From Candidatus Hydrogenedentota bacterium (GTDB lineage: Bacteria; Hydrogenedentota; Hydrogenedentia; Hydrogenedentales; SLHB01), in assembly GCA_045863335.1 (NCBI GenBank), contig BTVY01000049.1:12243-56577 (forward strand): DNA of 44,335 bases. Reading direction: 5' to 3'. Under the pieces are notes generated by a model. The model had not been told where the DNA came from. It made no database searches and worked only from the letters and a program-made list of their open reading frames with translations. This document shows positions 1-9,058 of the stretch, one piece after another. Within the stretch, counting starts at the first letter, position 1; the number at the start of each line of letters is the position of its first letter. Both the position numbers and the translations under genes were made by a program.

Positions 1-41
1 TTTGGGTGTGCCCCGGCTGGCCTTCGCCAGAACGCCCCGGG

Positions 42-90
42 GGTGCAGGCTTCCGGCCTGCGTGGCGAGCTGGCTGTAAGCCTGCACCAC
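42..90. repeat. Degenerate REP-like palindromic element
   Basis: GGTGCAGGCTTCCGGCCTGC...GGCTGTAAGCCTGCACC imperfect inverted repeat; resembles GGTGCAGGCTTCCAGCCTGC-type REPs recalled from PVC-group genomes. Confidence 0.5.
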
Positions 91-240
91 AATCCGCCAC
101 CACATGGCACCGGCCGCGCCTTAACGGAACATCGAATGCCTCAGCGAGGGCAAGCCCTCGCACTCCACCGGATCGACTCCCCTCCTGCTTTCCTGTTAGG
201 ATCGCGCTATATTCTCATTCATCCAAAGCGAGGTGCGCGC

Positions 241-1230
241 ATGCGATATGCCTATCTGGGAAAGACCGGGGTTCAGGTGTCGGAAGTCTGCCTGGGCACG
301 ATGACCTTCGGGAAAGAAGCCGACGAGAAGACTTCTGTCGCCATCATGGATCGCGCCGTGGAGGCCGGCATCAATTTCTTCGACACGGCCAACATCTACA
401 ACAAAGGCATCACCGAAGAAATCATCGGGCGCTGGATTCGGCCCCATCGCGATGGGATTGTGCTGGCATCCAAGGTCCATTTCCCGACCGGACCCGGCCC
501 GAACGAACGCGGGAGTTCGCGGCGGCACATCGTCCGCGCGGTGGAGGATAGCCTGGCGCGGCTGCAGACGGACTGGCTCGACATGCTCTACCTCCACCAC
601 TGGGACGACAACACCGCCCTGGAAGAGACCCTGTCCGCGCTGACATCGCTGGTGGAACAGGGCAAGGTGATGTACTGCGCCGTGTCGAACTTCTCCGCGT
701 GGCAGACCATGAAGGCCGTCGCCATGACGCAGGCCAACGGCTTCGCTGACATCGTCTGCATCCAGCCCATGTATAACCTCGTCAAACGTCAGGCGGAAGT
801 CGAGATTCTGCCCTTGGCCCTGTCGGAAGGCTTGGCGGTCTGCCCGTACAGCCCCATCGCCGCCGGACTCCTGACCGGCAAATACCAGAAGGGCGAGACG
901 GGCCGCATCAAGGAAAACGCCATGTACGCGGAGCGCTACCGCAACCCGTCGTACATGGAAACTGCCGCCGATTTTGTGGCCTACGCCGGCACCAAAGGCC
1001 TCTCCCCCGCCGCCCTCGCCAACGCCTGGGTCATCAGCCATCCCGCCGTAACCGCCGCAATCATCGGCGCCCGCAACCTCGAGCAACTCAACGACGCCCT
1101 GGGCTGCGCCGACATCGATCTCACCCCCGAACAGCGCGCCGAGATTACCGCCCTCTCCATCGACCCTCCCCTCGCCACCGACCGTGAAAACCCCAAGATC
1201 GCGCTGGACATGCTGGGCAAGAAGGGGTAG
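241..1230 (+). CDS. Aldo/keto reductase
   Basis: LGTMTFG, GINFFDTANIY, SL.RLQTDWLD.LYLH, SNF, QPMYNL and YSPIAAGLLTGKY motifs; ATG at 241 after GAGGTG (the ORF-track start at 43 is over-extended). Confidence 0.93.
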   Translation: MRYAYLGKTGVQVSEVCLGTMTFGKEADEKTSVAIMDRAVEAGINFFDTANIYNKGITEEIIGRWIRPHRDGIVLASKVHFPTGPGPNERGSSRRHIVRAVEDSLARLQTDWLDMLYLHHWDDNTALEETLSALTSLVEQGKVMYCAVSNFSAWQTMKAVAMTQANGFADIVCIQPMYNLVKRQAEVEILPLALSEGLAVCPYSPIAAGLLTGKYQKGETGRIKENAMYAERYRNPSYMETAADFVAYAGTKGLSPAALANAWVISHPAVTAAIIGARNLEQLNDALGCADIDLTPEQRAEITALSIDPPLATDRENPKIALDMLGKKG

Positions 1231-1262
1231 CAGACGAGGCCTTATTGGCTATGCGCCATCGC

Positions 1263-1291
1263 GCCTTTGCGATAATCGTTAACGCAAAGGC
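1263..1291. terminator. Hairpin between convergent genes
   Basis: GCCTTTGCG-N11-CGCAAAGGC, 9-bp stem between the two stop codons. Confidence 0.4.
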
Positions 1292-1351
1292 ACGAAGTTA
1301 CAAAGGGGAAGAATCCAAGTATCTGGGGACAATTTCGAGGGAGCAGACTTC

Positions 1352-1672
1352 CTACAGCACCTGCCGCAGATCGGCGTCGACGCGGCCGAAGCGGAAGATC
1401 CGTTCGTAGAAGGCGCGGCTGATCGTAATTGGGACGACCTTGGCCTTGTCTCCGGGGTGGGCCCGGTCGAGGAAGGCGGCGAGGCGGGTCTTATAGAGGT
1501 GGTTGGCGGCGTGCTTCTTGCCGGCGTTGGAGCCGTGCATGCCTTTGAGGGAACGGCGGTACACGATGACACCCTTGCCGGGCGGACGAAGCGGGCACCC
1601 CACCAGCGGCAGGAAACTCACTGCGGCGGCGAATCCCATGAATGCCCGGCGTGTCAGTGCGCGTTTGGACAC
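1352..1672 (-). CDS. Small basic Tat-exported lipoprotein, unknown function
   Basis: LTRRAF twin-arginine motif, hydrophobic stretch, LVGC lipobox; upstream GAGG and own promoter. Confidence 0.75.
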   Translation of the reverse strand: MSKRALTRRAFMGFAAAVSFLPLVGCPLRPPGKGVIVYRRSLKGMHGSNAGKKHAANHLYKTRLAAFLDRAHPGDKAKVVPITISRAFYERIFRFGRVDADLRQVL

Positions 1673-1709
1673 CTTGCATCAACCTCGTGATTCGAGGGCA
1701 CCTTGCAGT

Positions 1710-1869
1710 AAAAGAGGCGGAGGGGCCCAGGCTTGCCCCTGTCGGTTCGCCAGCACCCTGGCGGCCCGTTCCCTGAGGACGACATAATTCAAAAGTACCC
1801 GGAGTTCAGCGTTCCCTAACCGCTCCCAGCGGTGAGTTTCGACATCCCCGTCTCACTTCCTCAGACCGC
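1710..1869 (-). ncRNA. Putative structured 5' leader / riboswitch-like RNA, class unassigned
   Basis: Lies between a promoter (1876-1904) and the start at 1672; nested stems GAGACGGGG/CUCCGCCUC, UGUCG/CGACA, ACCGCU/AGCGGU, CGCCAG/CUGGCG, AGGGGC/GCCCCU, ending in a U4 tract. Confidence 0.45.
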
Positions 1870-1875
1870 AGTATT

Positions 1876-1904
1876 GTTATATCATTAGAATTCTGTTAGC
1901 GCAA
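1876..1904 (-). promoter_or_regulatory. Sigma70-type promoter
   Basis: On the minus strand TTGCGC-N17-TATAAC with extended -10 TG, in AT-rich intergenic DNA. Confidence 0.6.
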
Positions 1905-2323
1905 GTCATATTTGCAAATTATTGGGGTTTTACTGGCGATTTCCAATGAGAGACCATCCATTAAGCGATTGAACTCAAATGTCTTGCGGGTTCAACAAAA
2001 AAATCGCGGCCGCGCATCCCTTAATGGTGGAGGCGAAGCCCAGAGCACAATTTCTAACACACCGTAAACAGTTGGCATCTACGTGCGAAATCAAGCCAGG
2101 TGTGTTAACCGATCTGGAACCGCTTACCCGCCCCGCGTTTCGCAAAACCAACGCGGAACTAACATTAATCAGTTGCCTCTAAGGCTCCGCGACATGAAGA
2201 TTCGGTGACCTCCCGTCATGTCCAAACGCCAGCCACGCGTTTGGCGCCCCGCGCATCGTAAGTGGTGCGCACTTCGCGTTCAGGTTAAGATTGTCACGAA
2301 TTGGGACGGCTCATGATTACGAA

Positions 2324-5300
2324 ATGAAGTTCTCTTTGCCTACATACGCGCTGCGACGGCCTGTCACCGTATTCATGGTGGTGCTGGCCGTGTTGACCCT
2401 GGGGGCGGTGGTCTGGCCGCGTATTCCGCGGGAATTCATGATCGATATGGATTTCCCCGTGTTGCGGTGCTCCATTCCCTATCCCAGTGCGTCGCCGGAA
2501 CAGGTGGAGCGGGATATCGCGATCCCGGCGGAAGGCCAGTTCCGCACCGTGCCTGGGCTTCGGCACATCCAAAGCCAGTGCTCTTCGAGCGGGTGCAGCG
2601 TGGAGATGTTGTTCGATTGGGGCGCCGACATGTCCCAGGCGCTGAGCGACGTGCGTGACCGGGTGGAGCGGCTGCGGGCGGACCTGCCCGATGACGTCGA
2701 TCAGATCTATGTGTCCCGGTCGGGTTCGGATACCCAGCCCTTGCTTTACTTCACCATCTTCTCCGAAGGCGAGGATCGGGACCTGGCGCACTGGGTCCAT
2801 ACCCAACTCAAACCCCGGCTCGCGCGGCTCCAAGGCGTGGCGGAGGTCGACGTCTGGGGAGCCGACCCCGGAACCGTCTATGTCGAATTCGATCAGGATG
2901 CGCTGAACGCCGCGAAGCTGAGCCTGTATGACGTGATCCAGCGCTTGCGCAAGGACAATGTGGACCTTGTGGCGGGACGGCTCTACGAAGGCAACACCGT
3001 GCATCCGGTCCGGGTGCTGAGTGACGTCACCAGCCTGGAGGCGCTGCGTGACACGGTGGTGGGGCCGAATGGATTGCAGTTGAAATATGTCGCAACGGTT
3101 TCGTGGGCCGGGCCGGTGGTGGGATTTCGGAATACCATCGATGGGCGGAAAGGCGTCTTCGTCCGCATCCTGAAGAATTCCGATGCCAATACCATTGAGA
3201 CCTGCGCGGCCGTCAAGGCTGAACTCGAACGTCTTCGCATAGACCCGGCGGCGCGCGATATGGATGTGTTCATCTTTGAAGATCAATCCCGCGACATGTT
3301 AACCGCCATCGACCTGTTGACAACGGCGGGCCTGAATGGCGGCGCGCTCGCGTTGTTGATCCTGTATGTATTCGTCCGGCGATTGCGCGCGACCTTGGTC
3401 GTGGCGGTGTCGGTGCCGATCTCGACACTGGTCGGATTGATCGCCATGTACTTCACCGGCATGAGTCTGAACGCGGTCACTCTGGCGGCGATGATCATTT
3501 GCCTGGGGATGCTGGTCGACAATTCCATCGTGGTGATGGAGAACGTTCTGCGCTACCGGGAACTGGGCTATGGTCCGTGGGAGAGTGCGCGACTCGGCGC
3601 GAACGAAGTCTCGCTCGCCATTACAACGGCGACCCTGACGACCGGAGTCGTGTTCTTTCCCGTGTTCTACATCGACACGGGCGAGCTTTCGATCTACATG
3701 CGCCAGTTTGCCTTGCCGGTCACCGTGGCCCTCGGAGCGAGCCTCGTCGTGTCATTGACCTTGATCCCACTTGTCTTAGGCAGACTTACTGCGAGAACCC
3801 GGGAACGTGCGGGACTTACCAAGCCGATGCCGGATGCGGCGCGGCTTCCAGCGGGGGCCCATGTGTTCCGCCACGTGTGGGAGCGCGCGACGGGATTGCT
3901 GCCGCGAATATCCGTCGTGGGCGCGTACCAGCGTGGTTTGAACTGGCTCCTACACCGCCGCCTCGTCGCGGTGGCTGGTCTGGCGGTGCTGATAGCCGTT
4001 ACCGCGTGGATCCCCTTCCAGCGCGTCGGTGCGCGCACGCTGCCGCGCGTGGATGTGCGCATGGTTCAGGTCAACGTCTCTTTCGATCAGACCTATGACT
4101 GGACGATGGCGGAGACGGTTTTCGACGCCATTGAAAGCGTACTGGACCGGCAACGCATTGACCTGGGGATCCGCAATGTTCACGTCAGCGCCGGGTCCAG
4201 CGGAGGCCGAATTCGCGCGTACCTGGTGGAGCCGGAACATTCCCAGGGCGAGCGAACGGCACATTACACCACCGAGGATGTGAGGAACATACTTGAAGCG
4301 CAACTGCCACGGCTGATCCCCGGGGGCGAAGTGCGCATCAAGCTTGTGGAAACGGACACCGGCGGCGGCAGCACCGTGACGCTGCAGATGCGCGGCGAAG
4401 ATGCGACGCTCCTGAAACAATACGCAACGCGGTTCGTCCGCCTGGCGTCGGACTTGCCAAACGTCAACGACGTGATGCTGGATTCCGAGCGTGAGACGGA
4501 CGAAATTCAATTGGTAGTCGATGACATCATGGCGGCGCGCGCCGGTGTCAGTCCATTCACGATCGCGCAGACGGTCGACTTTGCCTTGCGCGGCACCCGC
4601 CTCTTCTACCTGAGACAGGACGACAAGGAAGTCCCGGTGATGGCCGGGTTCGGGGAGGAGGACCGCCGCACGGTGGGCGATTTGGACAAGGTGGCGGTGC
4701 TGAGCGATTCCGGCGACCTGGTGCCGCTGGCGGGATTGGTAACGCGGGTCAAAGCGGATACACCGCGGACGATTCGGCGCGTCGACGGGCGAAACGTAAT
4801 CGCCGTTCTCGTGGACGTGGATACGCCTGATCTGTCGGCCGTGAAGTCGGACCTGGACCAATTGATTGGGGCTTTCCATTTGCCCGCCGGGTACGACATC
4901 GTCGAGGGGCAACGGCTCGCCCAGCTCGAAGTCAACGCGGAGAACTACACCATCGCGCTCATCCTCGCGATCGTGTTGATCTATGTCGTCATGGGTGCCC
5001 TGTTCGAGTCGTACCTGTTGCCGTTGTCGATCCTCACCTCCGTACCGCTGGCCTTCGTCGGGGTATATTGGGCCATGTATCTTGCGGACATTCCGGTGGA
5101 CGTGATTTCCATGATTGGCGGAATCCTTATGTGCGGTATCGTGGTGAACAACGGCATCGTGCTGGTCGATCACATCAACCGGCAGCGAAAGCTCGGCGAA
5201 AGCCTTGCGTCCGTCGTCTCCGCGTGCGGCGACCGGTTCCGGCCGGTGATGATGACCTCCTTGACGACGATCCTCGCGTGTTTCCCGCTCGCGTTGGGCA

Positions 5301-5485
5301 GTCATGTGGCCGATGTAGGTCTCAGCAGCGTGGGATGGACGCTCATCGGCGGGCTGACCTCGGGCACGGCATTGACATTATTCGTTGTTCCCGTCTTCTA
5401 CACGATCGTCGAAGACATGCGGAAGTGGTTCCTGAGGTATTTCGCCAGTATCGCGGCTTTGTTCCATCGTCCGGTCGCGGGGTAG
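2324..5485 (+). CDS. RND efflux permease (AcrB/AcrD/AcrF family)
   Basis: ~1050 aa; RRPV N-terminus, YPSASPEQVE, GMLVDNSIVVMEN (TM4), GIVVNNGIVLVD (TM10), RFRPVMMTSLTT (TM11). Confidence 0.93.
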   Translation: MKFSLPTYALRRPVTVFMVVLAVLTLGAVVWPRIPREFMIDMDFPVLRCSIPYPSASPEQVERDIAIPAEGQFRTVPGLRHIQSQCSSSGCSVEMLFDWGADMSQALSDVRDRVERLRADLPDDVDQIYVSRSGSDTQPLLYFTIFSEGEDRDLAHWVHTQLKPRLARLQGVAEVDVWGADPGTVYVEFDQDALNAAKLSLYDVIQRLRKDNVDLVAGRLYEGNTVHPVRVLSDVTSLEALRDTVVGPNGLQLKYVATVSWAGPVVGFRNTIDGRKGVFVRILKNSDANTIETCAAVKAELERLRIDPAARDMDVFIFEDQSRDMLTAIDLLTTAGLNGGALALLILYVFVRRLRATLVVAVSVPISTLVGLIAMYFTGMSLNAVTLAAMIICLGMLVDNSIVVMENVLRYRELGYGPWESARLGANEVSLAITTATLTTGVVFFPVFYIDTGELSIYMRQFALPVTVALGASLVVSLTLIPLVLGRLTARTRERAGLTKPMPDAARLPAGAHVFRHVWERATGLLPRISVVGAYQRGLNWLLHRRLVAVAGLAVLIAVTAWIPFQRVGARTLPRVDVRMVQVNVSFDQTYDWTMAETVFDAIESVLDRQRIDLGIRNVHVSAGSSGGRIRAYLVEPEHSQGERTAHYTTEDVRNILEAQLPRLIPGGEVRIKLVETDTGGGSTVTLQMRGEDATLLKQYATRFVRLASDLPNVNDVMLDSERETDEIQLVVDDIMAARAGVSPFTIAQTVDFALRGTRLFYLRQDDKEVPVMAGFGEEDRRTVGDLDKVAVLSDSGDLVPLAGLVTRVKADTPRTIRRVDGRNVIAVLVDVDTPDLSAVKSDLDQLIGAFHLPAGYDIVEGQRLAQLEVNAENYTIALILAIVLIYVVMGALFESYLLPLSILTSVPLAFVGVYWAMYLADIPVDVISMIGGILMCGIVVNNGIVLVDHINRQRKLGESLASVVSACGDRFRPVMMTSLTTILACFPLALGSHVADVGLSSVGWTLIGGLTSGTALTLFVVPVFYTIVEDMRKWFLRYFASIAALFHRPVAG

Positions 5486-5702
5486 CCAAGCTGCGATCAA
5501 CGAAACACCGTGGTGGATACTATCGCACATCTACGAAGCACGGGCGACGCTCTGGCATTGCGGGGTCCGGATTCCGGAAGAGGCGCAACGGTGTCCGACT
5601 CCGCACGCGTCATGGGCTGCTGATGGCGCGAGGACCTGCGTCAATCGGCCCGCATTTCCTAATGCACGAAGGCCCCCTCTCAATCCGCAGCAACCCGGGA
5701 AT

Positions 5703-5800
5703 CGGTGAACCATGCTCCCGCCCGCGACTTCTCGAATTCGCCGTTCGCGGCCGGAGCCGAGAATGCTGGGGCGGAGCATCTCAATGGATTCACCGCCTTT
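5703..5800. terminator. Long imperfect hairpin between convergent genes
   Basis: CGGTGAA/TTCACCG, ATGCTCC/GGAGCAT, CGCCC/GGGCG and TTCTCG/CGAGAA pairings followed by CTTTT. Confidence 0.4.
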
Positions 5801-5815
5801 TGTCCCATGTGCGAT

Positions 5816-6631
5816 TCAGCGGCTGACGGAGACTTGCATCCCGATGACGGCGGGCGTCTCGCCGACTAGGCGGTCGTCGATGTTGAAGAAGAGGTCGGAG
5901 ATGTTGGAGAAGACGGGTCCACCACCGCCGAAGCCGCCGCCTCCAAACCCGGCGCCGCCTCCGCCGAATCCGCCGGCTTGACCGCCCATGCCGACATTGC
6001 CGCCGGCACCTCCACCGAACCCGCCGCCCGCAACACCGCCACCGAATCCGCCCGGGGTCCCGGCGACGGCCGCGCTGCGTCCTCCGTCTTCATAAATGAC
6101 AATATCGGCCGTGCGTGGTGCGCGCACGGCACTAAGCCCTCCGATTCCGGGATGAAGACGTGGTACGTTCGGGCCGGAACCCAGGACTGGGGGGGCGATG
6201 TATTCGGCGAACGCGCTTCCGTTCGACGGTCGCGTGCCGGTATCGGCGTCTTTATTCGTGATGAGTATGGGCTTCTCGTCAGCCGATGTTGCGGCATCTT
6301 CGGCGTTCGCCAATCGCTCCGGCGCATCAGCTTCCTCCTTACGGACGAAGGGACTGTTCGCTTTCCATTCATCGTGCAGCGCATCTCGCTTTTCACCAGG
6401 CTGAATGATCACGGAGTCCAAACTGACGGCGTCTTTGGACACACTCATCACGGATCCGTCAGCGGGGATTTCGACGAGGTAGCGCGTTGCACTTTCGCGC
6501 ACTACCACGTTCTCGTAGGTGCGGCCCTCCACCGCGATCGAATCGGCCAAGGCGGGAAAACTCACAATGATGGGTACGCCAACTAGGGCGACGACTGGTG
6601 TGGAAAACCTGAATGAGTGTCGGGTACCCAT
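5816..6631 (-). CDS. Secreted hypothetical protein with Gly-rich C-terminal region
   Basis: ATG at 6631 after GGAGGT; signal peptide ending ALA-D; GGFGGG repeats followed by a non-repetitive tail FSNISDLFFNIDDRLVGE. Confidence 0.75.
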   Translation of the reverse strand: MGTRHSFRFSTPVVALVGVPIIVSFPALADSIAVEGRTYENVVVRESATRYLVEIPADGSVMSVSKDAVSLDSVIIQPGEKRDALHDEWKANSPFVRKEEADAPERLANAEDAATSADEKPILITNKDADTGTRPSNGSAFAEYIAPPVLGSGPNVPRLHPGIGGLSAVRAPRTADIVIYEDGGRSAAVAGTPGGFGGGVAGGGFGGGAGGNVGMGGQAGGFGGGGAGFGGGGFGGGGPVFSNISDLFFNIDDRLVGETPAVIGMQVSVSR

Positions 6632-6862
6632 GGTATACGACCTCCTGTGGAATCGCGCAGGTGTGACGGCGCGCGCAGCACAGCCCGTTGCCGATTCCAC
6701 TCTAACACGATTCTGGAATTCCGGCAACGGGCTTGATCTGTTTCGCCGCTACCTTGTCATGCTTTCTCGCGGCAGGACGTCGTCCGGCCAGCACGCGTAT
6801 CATTACTTGCACCGTAGCAGGCACCCTTGTATCATCACGCTACTCGTGGAAGGGGAAGGGAT

Positions 6863-7822
6863 TTGAGCGCATTCCGACAAGCGATCAAGGACATCATCGC
6901 AAACGTAGAAACGGTGATCCTTGACAAATCGGCCGTCATCAAGACGTCGCTCGCCGCGTTTCTCGCGGGCGGTCATGTGCTCATGGAAGACGTGCCCGGC
7001 GTCGCCAAGACCGTGCTCGTGCGCTGCCTCGCTGTTTCCAGTGGCTGTACGTTCAGCCGGATCCAATGTACACCCGATCTGCTTCCCACCGATGTGAGCG
7101 GCGTGTCCATCTACAATCAAAAGACGCAGGAGTTCGAGTTCCGCCGCGGGCCTGTTTTCGCCCAGGTCATCGTCGCCGACGAAATCAACCGCGCCACGCC
7201 GCGCACCCAAAGCGCGCTCCTAGAGGCCATGGCCGAAGGACAGGTATCGGTCGACGGGAAAACCTACAAACTCGAGCAGCCCTTCGTCGTGTTCGCCACG
7301 CAGAACCCGGTCGAACACGAGGGGACCTTCCCCCTGCCGGAAGCGCAGCTCGACCGCTTCATGCTTCGACTTTCGGTCGGGTACCCCAATATCACGGCGG
7401 AAGGGGAAATGCTGGAACGGATGCGCATCAGCCATCCCCTGGAAGATCTCAGGCCGGTCACCGACGCCAAGACTATCCTGCGAATGCAAGCCGGAATCCG
7501 CGAGATACACATCCACGACAAGGTCCGCGAATACATGCTCCGTGTCGTGCACCGCACGCGCGACTCGACGCACCTGAGCCTGGGCGCCAGCCCGCGCGCC
7601 TCCATGGCATTGTTTCGGGCCTGCCAGGCTTTCGCCGCCGTGCAGGGACGAAGCTACGTTCTCCCGGACGATGTGAAGACGCTGGCCCACCCCGTGTTGG
7701 AGCACCGGCTCATCCTGAACCCGGAGAGCCGGTTACGCCGGGTAACGGCCCATAGCGTCTTACGTGATATAATTTCGGAGGTTCCGGTTCCGGCCGGATC
7801 AATGGGTTCCAGGGCGGGTTGA
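6863..7822 (+). CDS. moxR: MoxR-family AAA+ ATPase
   Basis: EDVPGVAKT Walker A, RIQCTPDLLPTD, ADEINRATPRTQSALLEAM, ATQNPVEHEGTFPLPEAQLDRF; TTG start after a purine-rich RBS. Confidence 0.92.
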   Translation: MSAFRQAIKDIIANVETVILDKSAVIKTSLAAFLAGGHVLMEDVPGVAKTVLVRCLAVSSGCTFSRIQCTPDLLPTDVSGVSIYNQKTQEFEFRRGPVFAQVIVADEINRATPRTQSALLEAMAEGQVSVDGKTYKLEQPFVVFATQNPVEHEGTFPLPEAQLDRFMLRLSVGYPNITAEGEMLERMRISHPLEDLRPVTDAKTILRMQAGIREIHIHDKVREYMLRVVHRTRDSTHLSLGASPRASMALFRACQAFAAVQGRSYVLPDDVKTLAHPVLEHRLILNPESRLRRVTAHSVLRDIISEVPVPAGSMGSRAG

Positions 7823-7941
7823 TTGCTTTTGGAACACAACTCTTGGGGAACGGTGCGTACCGCAGCCAGGGCGGGAGACGCGCCGGTGCTAGCGGTGATT
7901 AATTTGTCCGGCAATGTACGTAAGCGTTATGGGAATCATGC

Positions 7942-8907
7942 ATGCTTAAAACCAGGTCACTCATGAGACTATTCGGCCGAAAGAACCGCGAGGAGGATGC
8001 GCTCCAGGAAACGGAACCCGTAGGTGAAGTGGATGGCGCGGGCTCAACCCTTGAGTTAACCCACGTGGGGCCATACGAAATCATCGCTCCCATCGGCCGC
8101 GGTGGTATGGGTACCGTGTACAAGGCCATCGACCGGAAACGGGACCAGACCGTCGCCATCAAAGTGTTGGACCGGCAGTTCGACCTCGACAAGAAGAAGC
8201 GCCGCCGGGATTATCTGGGCCGCGAAATCCTGGTCGCGGCCGAATTGAAGCATGAGTGTATCATCCGCTACGCCAAGGAGATCATCGAGCAGGAAGATGC
8301 GGACGGCAATATTCGCCGTTGCCTGCTTATGGAGTTCGTAGATGGCCCTGACTTGCGCAAGCACATTACCGACCGGGATTTGACGCTCCAACAGATGATC
8401 GACATCTGTATCCGCCTGTGCCATGGCCTGGACTTCCTGCACCAGCGCGGAATTGTGCATCGCGACATCAAGCCTGGGAACTTTTTGTTCTCCCGCGACT
8501 TAAAACAAGTGAAGATCTGCGACTTTGGCCTGTCCAAGGCGAGTTCCAGTTGGCGCACACGCTGGATTCGGGAAGGCGGCGGTACACGCGCCTATATGTC
8601 GCCGGAACAGATCAACAACAAGGGCCGGGGCCTGGATGCGCGGTCGGACATCTTCTCCTTTGGTATCACCATGTACGAACTCTTTGCGGGCCGGCACCCG
8701 TGTAACGGTCGCGACTCCCGGGAGATCATGAAACAGATCAAGAGCAGCCGGTACAAGTTCGAGCCACCGTCCAAATTCAACTCGGAGATTCCGCCGGCGC
8801 TCGACCGGATAGTCCTCAAAGCAATCCGGCGTCAACCGGAGCGGCGATATCAGTCGATGACCGAGTTGCTCCTGGACCTGACGCGAATCGCGGAATCCCG
8901 AATATAG
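7942..8907 (+). CDS. Hanks-type Ser/Thr protein kinase, catalytic domain only
   Basis: GRGGMG, VAIK, HRDIKPGN, DFG, YMSPE, DIFSFG motifs; no TM segment or PASTA domains. Confidence 0.92.
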   Translation: MLKTRSLMRLFGRKNREEDALQETEPVGEVDGAGSTLELTHVGPYEIIAPIGRGGMGTVYKAIDRKRDQTVAIKVLDRQFDLDKKKRRRDYLGREILVAAELKHECIIRYAKEIIEQEDADGNIRRCLLMEFVDGPDLRKHITDRDLTLQQMIDICIRLCHGLDFLHQRGIVHRDIKPGNFLFSRDLKQVKICDFGLSKASSSWRTRWIREGGGTRAYMSPEQINNKGRGLDARSDIFSFGITMYELFAGRHPCNGRDSREIMKQIKSSRYKFEPPSKFNSEIPPALDRIVLKAIRRQPERRYQSMTELLLDLTRIAESRI

Positions 8908-9058
8908 GACTGGCGTGGAATCCATCGGTTTCGCGGTTTTATCGGTAAAGCTATTAATCGCATGCTGTTCAATGGGTTGCACCGTTCCATTGTTTGGTGT
9001 ATTCTGAGGATCGTTAGTCCAACTCACCACAAGATATGGGACACGAGTCCAACACGTA

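Noticed and set aside
1710-1869. Assignment as 6S RNA, SRP RNA, T-box, ZTP or a canonical cyclic-dinucleotide riboswitch
   Set aside because: Only fragments of each consensus are present (no UGGNACC, no SRP GGAA loop motif, no full aptamer spacing); left unclassified
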